DNA of 64,000 nt from a virus (lineage: Duplodnaviria > Heunggongvirae > Uroviricota > Caudoviricetes): positions 32,831-96,830 of IMG/VR virus record IMGVR_UViG_2636416131_000001. The stretch is one strand, 5' to 3'. Position 1 is the stretch's first letter; each line of letters begins with the position of its first letter. The notes under the pieces are model-generated. The model had not been told where the DNA came from and made no database searches. It worked only from the letters and a program-made list of their open reading frames with translations. Positions 53,639-63,375 of the stretch are shown piece by piece. The translations under genes were made by a program, and so were the position numbers.

Positions 53639-53654
53639 AGCTCCCGCAGGAGCT
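53639..53654. terminator. terminator hairpin after the hok locus
   Basis: agctcc-cgc-aggagct flanked by A6 and T-rich sequence. Confidence 0.5.
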
Positions 53655-53675
53655 TTAAAATACAAGGGATGACTC

Positions 53676-54185
53676 TTAATCCCACTCAATCCAGTTGTAG
53701 ACGATACGAAGTGACGGGCGCACAGCGGCAGTCACATCTTCGGTACTAAAGTCGATTGCATCACTGTAGATTTTGCAGTCCAACATTTCAATTGTTGTAG
53801 CAGCTTTTGTCACAGCGTTAACCCCGGAAGATTTGGATTCAGGGGTAGCAGCCATCGTGATATCAACGTAGTCCTTCGCCGCAATGCGATCCTTGATGAA
53901 CTGAAGAATATCGCCTTCGATAGTCTCCACGCACTGGACCTGGATTTCCCCAGAGTTTCGAATTGGTCCGTGCTGGTTGAACTTCACACCATTCGGACCA
54001 TAGTCCTCCACATCCTCGCGGGTCATTTCAGGAATTTGCGACGTGCGAACCAGTACGCTGATATCTTCATGGCCTGCAAAAGTGAGCTGGAATTCAGAAG
54101 ATACCAGTCGTTCGCCTTTGGCCGCGTTGGCAGTATAGCGGCCCTTAATAAATTTACGGTTTCCCTTAGTGTTATTGTGCCCCAT
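53676..54185 (-). CDS. virion structural protein (tail tube-like candidate)
   Basis: 169 aa; last gene of a minus-strand structural operon. Confidence 0.4.
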   Translation of the reverse strand: MGHNNTKGNRKFIKGRYTANAAKGERLVSSEFQLTFAGHEDISVLVRTSQIPEMTREDVEDYGPNGVKFNQHGPIRNSGEIQVQCVETIEGDILQFIKDRIAAKDYVDITMAATPESKSSGVNAVTKAATTIEMLDCKIYSDAIDFSTEDVTAAVRPSLRIVYNWIEWD

Positions 54186-54196
54186 ATAAAATCCTT

Positions 54197-54778
54197 TTAC
54201 TGGAACGCCCGAACAATATCGGAGCTGTTATATATCGAAGAACCGGTCAACTGGAGGTTGACGGTGTTTTTCAGGAAATGCCCATTGCTGTCCCTGGGCG
54301 CATCGAGATCGAAACTTATGTCCTGGATAGCGACATCAATGATGTTGATCCGGCGACCAATGTTTAGCGTCACACGCTCCGGGATTCGACCACCAATACT
54401 GGCATCTTTGAGTTCCGGGCTAATCATCGCTGACAATGCGGCGATAGCTCCTGAAACCTCCGTGAATGGGTCAAACAAAGCGATGAAAGTTACTGGCAGC
54501 GTGAAAGTCGGCGGTGTTCCCCCTTCCCAAACCATTAAGCTGTTCCAACGAGCAACAGACGTTGTTTCAGTACCAACCTGCGCAAAACCACTGAAGGCAC
54601 CAGCAACAGAACCCATGGACATACCAGTAAAAGGTGCTTCCCAATTCTGGGCCATGTTCATTGCCGCCCCCTGGCTGATATATCCGGTAACCTGGTACTG
54701 AGAGTTCGTTAAAGTAACTTTCAGAAATGGCGATACACCGTCAGCCTGGCTGTAAACCCCATAAGGTATAGGTGCCAT
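54197..54778 (-). CDS. virion structural protein
   Basis: 193 aa; synteny only. Confidence 0.4.
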   Translation of the reverse strand: MAPIPYGVYSQADGVSPFLKVTLTNSQYQVTGYISQGAAMNMAQNWEAPFTGMSMGSVAGAFSGFAQVGTETTSVARWNSLMVWEGGTPPTFTLPVTFIALFDPFTEVSGAIAALSAMISPELKDASIGGRIPERVTLNIGRRINIIDVAIQDISFDLDAPRDSNGHFLKNTVNLQLTGSSIYNSSDIVRAFQ

Positions 54779-54813
54779 TCAAGTTAAAGGCCGGAGTTCT
54801 CCGGCCTCCTCCT

Positions 54814-55629
54814 TTAGCCGAGGCGCTTACGGCGCAGTTTCATTGACTTTTTGCGGGCCAGTTTTGCCGCGCCGGTCTGGGCTTTACGGCGTGCTTTTTT
54901 CAGCGCCGATTTTTGAGCCGCAGTCAGACGTTTTTTACGCAGGCGTTTACGGATGAGTTTGATCTCACCATTACGAACAACCTTCTTAAATGCTTCAGTC
55001 AGCATTTCATCAGAAGTTCCAGCAACAACGAACGCCGCTTCCAGTTCGTCGCGGTCGTCGCTATCCAAACCAGCGATAGCGGAACCAACATCAGCAGCTG
55101 CGTCGTCGTCTTCATCGTCGGCCAGTGCTTCGATCAGGTCATCATCTACACCGCATGCTGCGAGGAAGTCAGCAACATTTGCCCATGCTTCGTTATAGGC
55201 ATCGTCCTGTTCTTCTGTAACTTCGGTGTCGTCGTCGTCAGAGATACCCGCGATAGCCTGAACGAAACCATCAAGGGAGTCGAAAGTCAGATCACCGCTA
55301 TCAGCCCAGGCGAAAACGGCGTCGGCCGCATCACTCAACGCATTCTGCATAGCACTTCGATTTGCAGCTTCCAGAATCATCTGGTGCGCCTGTTCAACGG
55401 TCCATTCTTTACCTTCTTTCCCTTCCAGGATTTGCTCAGGAGCCTGGTCAGGTGGAACGTTCTCGTTAATCTGTGCCGCCGGTTCCGGATTATTATTAAT
55501 AATCGGATCTGCTGGCGGTTGTGCGCTTGCTCGGGCAGACTCCATCAGCTGCACAGGATCAGAGTTCAAAGCGAAACGGGACAGTCCATTCCCCAAAAAT
55601 GCCCCGGATTGAAAAAAGTTTTTGCTCAT
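54814..55629 (-). CDS. acidic structural/scaffold-like protein with basic C-terminal tail
   Basis: 271 aa; Asp/Glu-rich body, KRLRKKRLTAAQKSALKKARRK tail; competing antisense ORF 54913..55818 judged spurious. Confidence 0.45.
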   Translation of the reverse strand: MSKNFFQSGAFLGNGLSRFALNSDPVQLMESARASAQPPADPIINNNPEPAAQINENVPPDQAPEQILEGKEGKEWTVEQAHQMILEAANRSAMQNALSDAADAVFAWADSGDLTFDSLDGFVQAIAGISDDDDTEVTEEQDDAYNEAWANVADFLAACGVDDDLIEALADDEDDDAAADVGSAIAGLDSDDRDELEAAFVVAGTSDEMLTEAFKKVVRNGEIKLIRKRLRKKRLTAAQKSALKKARRKAQTGAAKLARKKSMKLRRKRLG

Positions 55630-55638
55630 TGTATTCCC

Positions 55639-57228
55639 TTACTTAATAAGCAGCGGTACGCCCTGGATACGACGGGCTACGCCAGTCGGGCAGCAGGCCC
55701 AGACTACTTCCCATTTATCGAATTCCGCCTGCGTAACTTTCAGCACATACGGTTCTGTACCGTCAGCATCAGGATCACGAGGAGCCACCAGAGCGCCGGA
55801 GGCGACAAAGCGATCTAAAAGTTTGGTCATCCCTTTAGTCAGGCCAACCGCAGTAATACCGTCCGGGCTATGCTTCATCTGTCGGGCTAACTGGACAAAG
55901 AAACGGCTGATTGCATTCATCAGGGATGGGACGTGCTGGAAGTGCAGATAGTTATCCTGCGTGCAGCAAGTTAAAGCATCATCGATGATCATCTGGCCCG
56001 AAGTACCTACAGATACTTTATTGAGTCGGCCCTTGACCATAGCTTCTTCGTCCGGGGTGTCTTCAGGATACAGCGGCTGAAGTGATGCACGAGCAATGAC
56101 GGCACGTTCTTCACCAGCCGGTGAGTAATGCCAACCGCCGACATCGGAGTTTTTCTTAACGCCACGAGCTTTCGCCGCATACGCCGCGCCAGACAGACCG
56201 AAGACAACACGGGATTGGGTCCATTTGTCTTTGCAGGAGAACGGGAAGTGATAGACAGCACAGCTTACATAATCGGTACCAAGTAAACCGGTATCTTCAA
56301 CAGCAGAGATCGCTTCCGTGTACGTCAATGTCGGTTTGACATCAAAGAAGCCATCAATCAGGCGATCAGAACAGATATTACCTAACGCGGTGATCGCCGC
56401 ATTGTCATAGCAACCCAGGCCGAGAACAGCGGTGTACATGTACGGCGCATTGTTCAGCACCTTAACCGCACGCAGGTAGGCTTCGGTGGAGATTTTCGAC
56501 TGATCGCCGTTGGTACCGCCAGTGAACGCCAACGATTTTTTGTTTGTTACTTTCGCCGTCGAAATCAGCTCTTCATTAACAACCGCGCGCAGATATTTAG
56601 AACGGGCTTCCAGAGCCGTAGGCAGATAACACAAGCGGCCCATGTCATCTTTCGCTTCTTCCGCCAAAGACACAGTGTGTGTCTCCAGGGTCGTTACCAC
56701 GCCGAGCGAAGTCGTCTGGGTCAGTTTTAAGAGGAAGCGTTCATTACCCGCGCTGTCCGCTGTTGCCGTTTCGATGGTTAACTCACGGGTAGGTGAAATA
56801 CACGGATCACCATCATCAACGTAGATAGCAAAGGCTTCGCCACTATCAAGTTCAATTTCAGAACCGTATGGCAACGCACTGTAAGCCGGTTCGCCTGATT
56901 CATCGAACATAATAATCGGGAACTTCGCATCATCCGGAACAGCGCGAACAACATAACCAGACGTTTGCTGAATAGCTTCGTATACATGGCGAATTGGTTC
57001 GAACTGTGGGCCGGAAGACGGCTTCAGCGGTTCGCCGAGAACATCTTCGTAATTGGACTCAGTAACCGCAAGAACAGTAAACGGCTTGCCACGCGCAAAT
57101 ACGCCAATACCAGCCCACAAGCTGCTATTTAATGCAACACCGGTAGATAACGTCGCATCGGCATTGATCGGGCTAACCGCGACGCCGGATGCATTACCTA
57201 ATGACTGTTGAATTGAATATTGAGACAT
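55639..57228 (-). CDS. contractile tail sheath protein
   Basis: 529 aa; ATG with AGGGA SD; size and position of P1 gene 22. Confidence 0.6.
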   Translation of the reverse strand: MSQYSIQQSLGNASGVAVSPINADATLSTGVALNSSLWAGIGVFARGKPFTVLAVTESNYEDVLGEPLKPSSGPQFEPIRHVYEAIQQTSGYVVRAVPDDAKFPIIMFDESGEPAYSALPYGSEIELDSGEAFAIYVDDGDPCISPTRELTIETATADSAGNERFLLKLTQTTSLGVVTTLETHTVSLAEEAKDDMGRLCYLPTALEARSKYLRAVVNEELISTAKVTNKKSLAFTGGTNGDQSKISTEAYLRAVKVLNNAPYMYTAVLGLGCYDNAAITALGNICSDRLIDGFFDVKPTLTYTEAISAVEDTGLLGTDYVSCAVYHFPFSCKDKWTQSRVVFGLSGAAYAAKARGVKKNSDVGGWHYSPAGEERAVIARASLQPLYPEDTPDEEAMVKGRLNKVSVGTSGQMIIDDALTCCTQDNYLHFQHVPSLMNAISRFFVQLARQMKHSPDGITAVGLTKGMTKLLDRFVASGALVAPRDPDADGTEPYVLKVTQAEFDKWEVVWACCPTGVARRIQGVPLLIK

Positions 57229-57288
57229 AACTTTCCCTGTTATGCGCCCCGCACGGGGGCGCTATGTTAAACGGAGAACTTCCCCTGA

Positions 57289-58995
57289 TTACTCAGAGTC
57301 ACCGGCATCAATCGTGTCGCCGCTTATGAAGTTAAGCCCGCCTTTTTTGGCCATTGTCAGCGTTACACGAGTGAAGTAATCAGCGCCGTTGCGTGGGTGC
57401 ATATCGTTGATAGCCGAACCCCACAGCGTGGTACGGTTGACCAGCGCCGGAGTGGTCGGATGCTGGAACGGGATGGCCGGGACAGCATCACCAGTCACGA
57501 AGCCTGCTTTACCCGGATTTTCATCACGGACGTAGCACAGCACATCCATCGAGCTGAACTGAATGTTCTCTGTCGTTAAGTTCTTACAAATACCAGCAGG
57601 TACTTCGTACACTTTCACGTTACCGAACAGGGTACCGATGAAGTGAACATACGGAGTCTGGATATAGTCTTCGGCTGGCTGGAAGAAATCCTTCGGCAAC
57701 TGTTTGAAGAAAGATGCTGCATCAGCACCAGCAAACATCCCCATCGCACCAGAAGATTTAACGCGCTCAATAATGTCGCGATATACAGTCTGGAATTTGC
57801 CACGAATGATGGTTGCCCATACATCAAAGGACTGGTTAACCGGCAGAGCGATGTCAAAGGTGTCGGTCGCAAGAGTACGCCAGATCATGATGCGAAGACG
57901 CAGCATATCCTGTTCATGAGACAGGTATTCCTTCAGGGTGCGGAACTGTAGGGAACCCAGGTCCAGACCAAATTCACGCTGTGCTTCATACGCCGCCTGT
58001 ACCGTGTGCTCAGCCGCGATAACGAACTGGCTTGGGAACAGGGTGTATTTCTTCATTTCGTGGTTGATCAGCGGGATCAGCTCAGGAGCGGCTTCAATAT
58101 TGATTTCCGTCTCAATTGCGATCTCAGTGCCTTTATCCGGCGCTTTGGAGAACGACAGGGCAATCTGACCAATGTTGTAGTTCAGAGAGCAGGTAACAGT
58201 GATTTGCTCACCAGCAGCATTAGTAAACGAGTGAAGTAGGCTGCCGGAACCGTTATCAACAACAGACTTAATACGGTTAACGTAGATGTTAGTACGACCT
58301 TTTCGGATTGGTACATTCTGGCCTTCGAAGTCTTCCATCTTGAAGGTTGCGGTTTTGCTGGTGCCATCGGAGCTTGCCACCAGCACATAGCGGCGGCGTA
58401 ACTGGCTGTACACCCCGACGGATTGCATGTCCAGAACATCACCAGCAGCATAAGAACCAAAAGAGGAACCTGCCACGTTAAAGACTTCATAGATGTCTGA
58501 CTGGTCACGCGTAACCGGAATGAAGGTACACGCATCAGCGGTAGCGGCCCCCAACTGAACAGGCAGGATCATCGCGAGGAATAAAGGCAGACGCATAACA
58601 CCGTCAGAAACGCTCATCATCTCTGCTGCGACGGATTCCAGCATCGCTTTATTAGTGGCATCCATGCTATTGCGGGTGGACTCAATCAGGCAGTTTTCCA
58701 GCGTCTGGTGGCAGGAGGCCAGAATTTCCGGACGCGGCATAGATTTATGTGCTGCGGCGTAGTCAGCCAGTGCACTTGCCCACGCTGTAGCGATTTGAGC
58801 GGTGGCATTATCAGAGATACCCGCAAAAACCGGGTCTTTACGTGCAGCTTCAAGGATAGATGCGGCACGCGCGGCATCATCTTTAATGAATTGGTTATCA
58901 GTACCGAACTGCGCAGTGCTTGCCCAGCCAAGCACAGCTTTAGAGCGTTTTGCGATATCTGCAATACGATTCTGGTATTCGCGTAAGTTACTCAA
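57289..58995 (-). CDS. major head protein candidate (gene 23 position)
   Basis: track ORF has no ATG; likely TTG start at 58995 (MSNLREYQ...) preceded by AAGGAAG; adjacent to parB as in P1. Confidence 0.55.
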   Translation of the reverse strand: MSNLREYQNRIADIAKRSKAVLGWASTAQFGTDNQFIKDDAARAASILEAARKDPVFAGISDNATAQIATAWASALADYAAAHKSMPRPEILASCHQTLENCLIESTRNSMDATNKAMLESVAAEMMSVSDGVMRLPLFLAMILPVQLGAATADACTFIPVTRDQSDIYEVFNVAGSSFGSYAAGDVLDMQSVGVYSQLRRRYVLVASSDGTSKTATFKMEDFEGQNVPIRKGRTNIYVNRIKSVVDNGSGSLLHSFTNAAGEQITVTCSLNYNIGQIALSFSKAPDKGTEIAIETEINIEAAPELIPLINHEMKKYTLFPSQFVIAAEHTVQAAYEAQREFGLDLGSLQFRTLKEYLSHEQDMLRLRIMIWRTLATDTFDIALPVNQSFDVWATIIRGKFQTVYRDIIERVKSSGAMGMFAGADAASFFKQLPKDFFQPAEDYIQTPYVHFIGTLFGNVKVYEVPAGICKNLTTENIQFSSMDVLCYVRDENPGKAGFVTGDAVPAIPFQHPTTPALVNRTTLWGSAINDMHPRNGADYFTRVTLTMAKKGGLNFISGDTIDAGDSE

Positions 58996-59132
58996 TTTAC
59001 TCTTCCTTAAACACAAGGCACTTGTGTGAATCCCTTTTCGGAAGAGATTTTATTGAAAGTCACTTGTTGACTTTCTCGTGACAAGCAATTTTTTTATTTT
59101 TTTCGGGAGTAGGGGCGGAAGGTAAAATCCAA

Positions 59133-59216
59133 GGTGAAATCGTGGCGATTTCACCTTGAAATTTTAGATGGATTTACTTTAAAAACAGTAGGTTAATAGT
59201 GAAATTTGAATGGCGA
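59133..59216. other. parS: parS partition site
   Basis: reverse complement contains TCGCCA hexamers and ATTTCAC heptamers around an AT-rich IHF-like core; immediately downstream of parB. Confidence 0.8.
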
Positions 59217-59220
59217 AAGT

Positions 59221-60222
59221 TTAAGGCTTCGGCTTTTTATCGAGGCTCTTTCTAAGGATATGCCCAATCATCCTGTCGAGTTCTTCCTGTAGCTCTTTTG
59301 AAAGTCGATTAAACTCATAAGAAAATGCACGGCCTTTCACGCGCTTCCTTGCAAAGCGATCCTTGTCCTCAAATTTCCATAATTCAGTAACTACGGACTT
59401 ATCTTTAGAACCTTTATCCGTGAGTAGTGAGGCTTCCTTTGTTATCAAGCGCAGGATTTTATTTTTAACTTCATCTTCGGCCATTTCTTCAATGGATAAG
59501 ATGTCGTTTATTTCCGGGGATATGTTTTGAATAAGCTGATCAAACTCTAAATTCTTGTTCCCCATTTCGTCGCCAACAGCACAAAGCGTTTTGTAGTCCG
59601 AAAAGGTTAATTCCGACTGCACAGGGAAAAGGGCGACTAATTCTTCCGGAGCACTCGCTGCCTGGAGAGCACGCGTGACCTTCGCCTGAGACAGCCCTTC
59701 TTTGGCTGCAATATCCTTCTGACTCATCCCATCATTTTTCATTCGCATCAAACGCAGACCTATTTCTCGAATGCTGTGCTGCAATGCTGTCTGAACGTCT
59801 TTCGCTAAATTTTGCGCTTCCTGAACGCTGATCTCCTGGTCCGTGACTAAAACCCGCAACCCTACGTTCTCTAAGATGGCAGAAGCTCGACGCCGGGAAC
59901 CATCCAAAATTTCAATTTTCCCTGTAGCCCGTCTAACACCTATTGCAGGGTAAAATTGCTGATGCTTAATAGTGCTTCGGATACTTTTTAATGATTTTGG
60001 CGTAAGAGATGCCTGGTCACGCCCGTTGTTATGCTGATCAACAAAGGTATCGCTTTCTACCTGGTTCGGAGGTATTACCTCTTCAATAAATGTGGCCTGG
60101 CGACCAGTTGATAACTTGAATACCTGCTCGACTCGATCGCCAGAGGCTGAAGAACTATCAAATCCGCTTAATATTGAAGGATTAAGGGTTCGCCCAATTG
60201 TTGGTCTGTTTTTCTTTGACAT
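59221..60222 (-). CDS. parB: ParB partition protein
   Basis: 333 aa; HTH region; synteny parA-parB-parS. Confidence 0.9.
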   Translation of the reverse strand: MSKKNRPTIGRTLNPSILSGFDSSSASGDRVEQVFKLSTGRQATFIEEVIPPNQVESDTFVDQHNNGRDQASLTPKSLKSIRSTIKHQQFYPAIGVRRATGKIEILDGSRRRASAILENVGLRVLVTDQEISVQEAQNLAKDVQTALQHSIREIGLRLMRMKNDGMSQKDIAAKEGLSQAKVTRALQAASAPEELVALFPVQSELTFSDYKTLCAVGDEMGNKNLEFDQLIQNISPEINDILSIEEMAEDEVKNKILRLITKEASLLTDKGSKDKSVVTELWKFEDKDRFARKRVKGRAFSYEFNRLSKELQEELDRMIGHILRKSLDKKPKP

Positions 60223-60238
60223 GGGGGGTTCTTACTCC

Positions 60239-61435
60239 TCAGTTAGATCTGATAAATTCAATACGGTCAAAAACTGCTTTAGCAAAATCTTCCGCGGCAA
60301 TTCGCGCGTTCTTCAATGCATCAGCACTACCAACATACGTTGCCGGGTTAGCTGAAATAACAGTGTCAAAAGACTCGCCGCAACGTTCAAAACCGTCAAG
60401 GCGAGGGAGGACGACATCGAGCATATCCCCACCGAACACTTCTTTAGCCAGGCTATGGCAATACTTATGATCTGCCTTGTTACTCAACTTGGACATAAAA
60501 CCAATGTTAGTCGCAAGCTGGCACTCGCAGCCTTCATCCGAAATGAGTTTTACCAACTCAGGAAGGCGGGCAACGTATTTAAGCGATGAGTGGAAATCGA
60601 CAGTTGCTGGCGGCAGAGGTGTAAACAGTATATTGGCCGAGGCCAAAGCATTTTTCAGGAAGGCGTCAAGGTGAGGACCACTATCAACGAGGATAAAGTC
60701 ATAATCGCTCTTCAGCTTATCAATCACATTTTCTTTCAGGACAGCATGGATGTTCTGACCCGGTAGATGCTCATTGCACAGCTCTCTCCAATCGGATGCA
60801 ATAAAGGCATCGTCAATCGACGCAGGCATAACGTCAACCCCAGGTACAACAGAAGGAACAATAAACTCCTCTAACAGCTCTTCACGGCTTACATTCTGCA
60901 ACATAGCCTGTGCAGATGTTGCGTTTACGATACCAATAGAGTGTTTATGGCTTAAAAACATCGTTGCGGAAGATTGCGGATCAAGGTCAATAACCAGAAT
61001 CCTTAAATCCTCCATAAGAAGATGAGGGTGAGCACGCATTGCATGCGCCAGAGAAACCGTCGATACAGTTTTTGACACACCGCCTTTAAGATTGGAGATG
61101 AAAATCACATACGCTTCGCTGTAGCGATCCCGGTATTTTGGCACTCCGCGATGTTCATATATGTCAATGATGTTCTGAATTGACATCGCATATTTCATTG
61201 AAGAGCCAGCAGGGCGTTTATCGAAAACATAACCCTTTTCTTCCATTTCACTTACGGCATAGTCAACGTTCGCTCGAGTCAGTAGAGGCAATTTTGCCAG
61301 TGCCGCTTTCGCATAGACCTGGTAAAACTCGTTCGCGTGTAGCTCATCCTTTTGCAACTGTACTTGTTCAGTCAGAACATTGAGCATTCTGTTTGCTCTT
61401 TGAGCAACCTTGTGAAGCTGGCTGGAATCACTCAT
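60239..61435 (-). CDS. parA: ParA partition ATPase
   Basis: 398 aa; deviant Walker A KGGVSKTVS. Confidence 0.9.
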   Translation of the reverse strand: MSDSSQLHKVAQRANRMLNVLTEQVQLQKDELHANEFYQVYAKAALAKLPLLTRANVDYAVSEMEEKGYVFDKRPAGSSMKYAMSIQNIIDIYEHRGVPKYRDRYSEAYVIFISNLKGGVSKTVSTVSLAHAMRAHPHLLMEDLRILVIDLDPQSSATMFLSHKHSIGIVNATSAQAMLQNVSREELLEEFIVPSVVPGVDVMPASIDDAFIASDWRELCNEHLPGQNIHAVLKENVIDKLKSDYDFILVDSGPHLDAFLKNALASANILFTPLPPATVDFHSSLKYVARLPELVKLISDEGCECQLATNIGFMSKLSNKADHKYCHSLAKEVFGGDMLDVVLPRLDGFERCGESFDTVISANPATYVGSADALKNARIAAEDFAKAVFDRIEFIRSN

Positions 61436-61708
61436 CGAAAGTCATCCTTTATGCTGTATTTTTGAATTTAATTAAAAATGCTGCATAAAATAATAATGTA
61501 TGCGTAGATGCTTGTACATAGCATTCTCTGCATGCTTACTCCTTTGCCAAGTGTGTCACAACATGCTTTGGCATCCTCCACGCATAAAGGACGCGGATTT
61601 CTTCTACGTTCAGGTTGTAGCCTGAATCATTTTGGTGATTTCCTGCTTCAATGGGCAGCCAAGCTTCACTCTCTATCAACTGGTGAGAACGGCTTGCCCG
61701 GCAGCTTC

Positions 61709-61993
61709 GATGTGTGCTGGAGGGAGAATAAAAGTCTAAGATGTGCGATAGAGGGAAGTCGCATTGAATTATGTGCTGTGGAGGGATCGCTGGTATCAAA
61801 TATGTGTGCTGGAGGGAAAGGCAGAGAATTACATGTGCACTGGAGGGAAAAGCGGATGGACAGATGTGTGCTGGAGGGAAAGTCTGGGCAAACTGAGGGG
61901 CGTTCCCCTCCAGCGCACATCAAAAACAGGAAATTGGACAAGCCTTCCCGGCAGCACACATCTTTTTAATGCGGTTTCCCTCCAGCACACACT
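61709..61993. repeat. incA iteron array (9 RepA-binding iterons, mixed orientation)
   Basis: nine copies of ~19 bp GATGTGTGCTGGAGGGAAA-like repeats, six forward and three reversed, downstream of repA. Confidence 0.85.
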
Positions 61994-62853
61994 TATTCGG
62001 GGAGTTTCAGCTTAGGATTGCGAGAATGGACGATTACAAAACTTTCCCGGCCTTTCTTCTCAATAGAACAGTCGAGATAGCCGATTGTTTTAAGCTGTTC
62101 TATCGCTTTCTTAATGATACGGTTTTGCTCGCCAACAGCTGACTGCAAAGCCAGGCGCTCACGGATTCGCGCGAACGATAGCGGCAACGGGTTCTGCGGA
62201 AGGCTTTCGATGAAAGTGTAAATGGCTTGTGCAGCTTCTTTCTTCGGAAGGGCACGCAAGGCGTGGTGTTGCAACAGAACGCGATAATCAAGCTGGAACA
62301 GCTCCCACAACTTCGAATCAGCCTCCAGCTCTATCAGATCAAGGTCAGCATCAAAACGCCCGACCTTCAGCAGACCAGTCTGATAGCCGCCTTTAGCATC
62401 TTTTCCGCGCTTAAAAGCGATACCCTTGTTACGCAAGCGTCCAAGTGATTCATGAATGGTTAAACGCAGTTTCGCATCCAGACGTTTTGAGGGGAAACCA
62501 CAGGCTTTAGCGAATTCCTGAAACGATAACTGGATGGTGTTTGAGGACAAGCCGTATTTGCTGAACGCGTAGATGACACCGATCCACGTTTTGAAATCAG
62601 TATCCATATCGAGTCGAGGACCGGTGATTTTAATATCATCGTAACCCTCGGCTTTAGCTATCTCCAGCTGGGAAAACGCTTTGGTGGCATCAATCTCTTT
62701 ACTTTCTCCTTTGCTCTTTGATGGCTTCGGCACGAATACCCCCAAGCGCATCAACGCTACAGGCTGCACAGTGTTGTTTGAATTAACTGTTAGTTCTTTT
62801 GCCTTACTTTCAATGTCTGCGTAAAGAATATCGGAGATAAATGATTGATTCAT
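61993..62853 (-). CDS. repA: RepA plasmid replication initiator
   Basis: 286 aa flanked by incC and incA iterons. Confidence 0.92.
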   Translation of the reverse strand: MNQSFISDILYADIESKAKELTVNSNNTVQPVALMRLGVFVPKPSKSKGESKEIDATKAFSQLEIAKAEGYDDIKITGPRLDMDTDFKTWIGVIYAFSKYGLSSNTIQLSFQEFAKACGFPSKRLDAKLRLTIHESLGRLRNKGIAFKRGKDAKGGYQTGLLKVGRFDADLDLIELEADSKLWELFQLDYRVLLQHHALRALPKKEAAQAIYTFIESLPQNPLPLSFARIRERLALQSAVGEQNRIIKKAIEQLKTIGYLDCSIEKKGRESFVIVHSRNPKLKLPE

Positions 62854-62910
62854 ATTACTTTTTCCGAATTGTGTGGATAGTTTTTATAAGTGGTGATAAC
62901 TACCCAGGCT

Positions 62911-63013
62911 TTCCCGTCAGCACACATCCTATATCCCGCCAGCACACATTAGCAACCCGTCAGCACACATTTTTATCCCTCCAGCACACATCGTTTTCCC
63001 TCCAGCACACATC
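62911..63013. repeat. incC iterons (5 direct repeats) of the plasmid origin
   Basis: five tandem ...cc(g/t)(c/t)cagcacacat(c/t) repeats at ~21-22 bp spacing upstream of repA. Confidence 0.85.
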
Positions 63014-63039
63014 GCGATACACTTCTAAGCCAGACGTGG

Positions 63040-63135
63040 CGCGGCCTGCAACGATCAGGGATCTATATGGATCTAATTGGGATCTGTATGGACCTGATTA
63101 TTGGATCTATCCAGTGGATAATGTGGATAAGTGAA
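63040..63135. other. oriR: oriR core: GATC cluster and DnaA boxes
   Basis: five GATC sites within ~60 bp; TGTGGATAA DnaA box at 63123..63131 plus a one-mismatch copy. Confidence 0.75.
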
Positions 63136-63375
63136 AAACCGGCCAACGTAGCCGGTTGGAAGGGAGTCGTATTATTCTACGCTTTCGATGAGAAGACCAT
63201 GTTCACGTATAGGAAATTGAAAAACCAGACGATACCGCTGTCCACGCCTTATGCCACGTGAGCCTTTCTGCTTTTCCCTCCACTCCGGTGGTTTCTCTCT
63301 CTGCATGGTCGATTTTTATACCGTAACAGGCTGTTTTTTATACCTGCACCGATTCCCGGGCACACTTAGCCTGTG

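Noticed and set aside
54913-55818. 301 aa plus-strand ORF antisense to 54814..55629
   Set aside because: The minus-strand frame fits the operon direction and has a coherent acidic-body/basic-tail product; the plus-strand product is Cys/Phe-rich low-complexity sequence with no SD.
59040-59105. Hairpin plus long T-run (cttgttgac...gtgacaag, then T7/T8) upstream of the capsid gene start, considered as a terminator
   Set aside because: It is on the plus strand with no plus-strand gene feeding into it and is not a minus-strand terminator; it may belong to the capsid late promoter or the parS-flanking AT-rich DNA. Left unannotated.
61709-63013. Arrays of ~19 bp direct repeats that superficially resemble a CRISPR array
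   Set aside because: Repeats flank repA, occur in both orientations with irregular spacing, and match the RepA iteron pattern of P1-type replicons (incA/incC); there are no uniform spacers and no cas genes.
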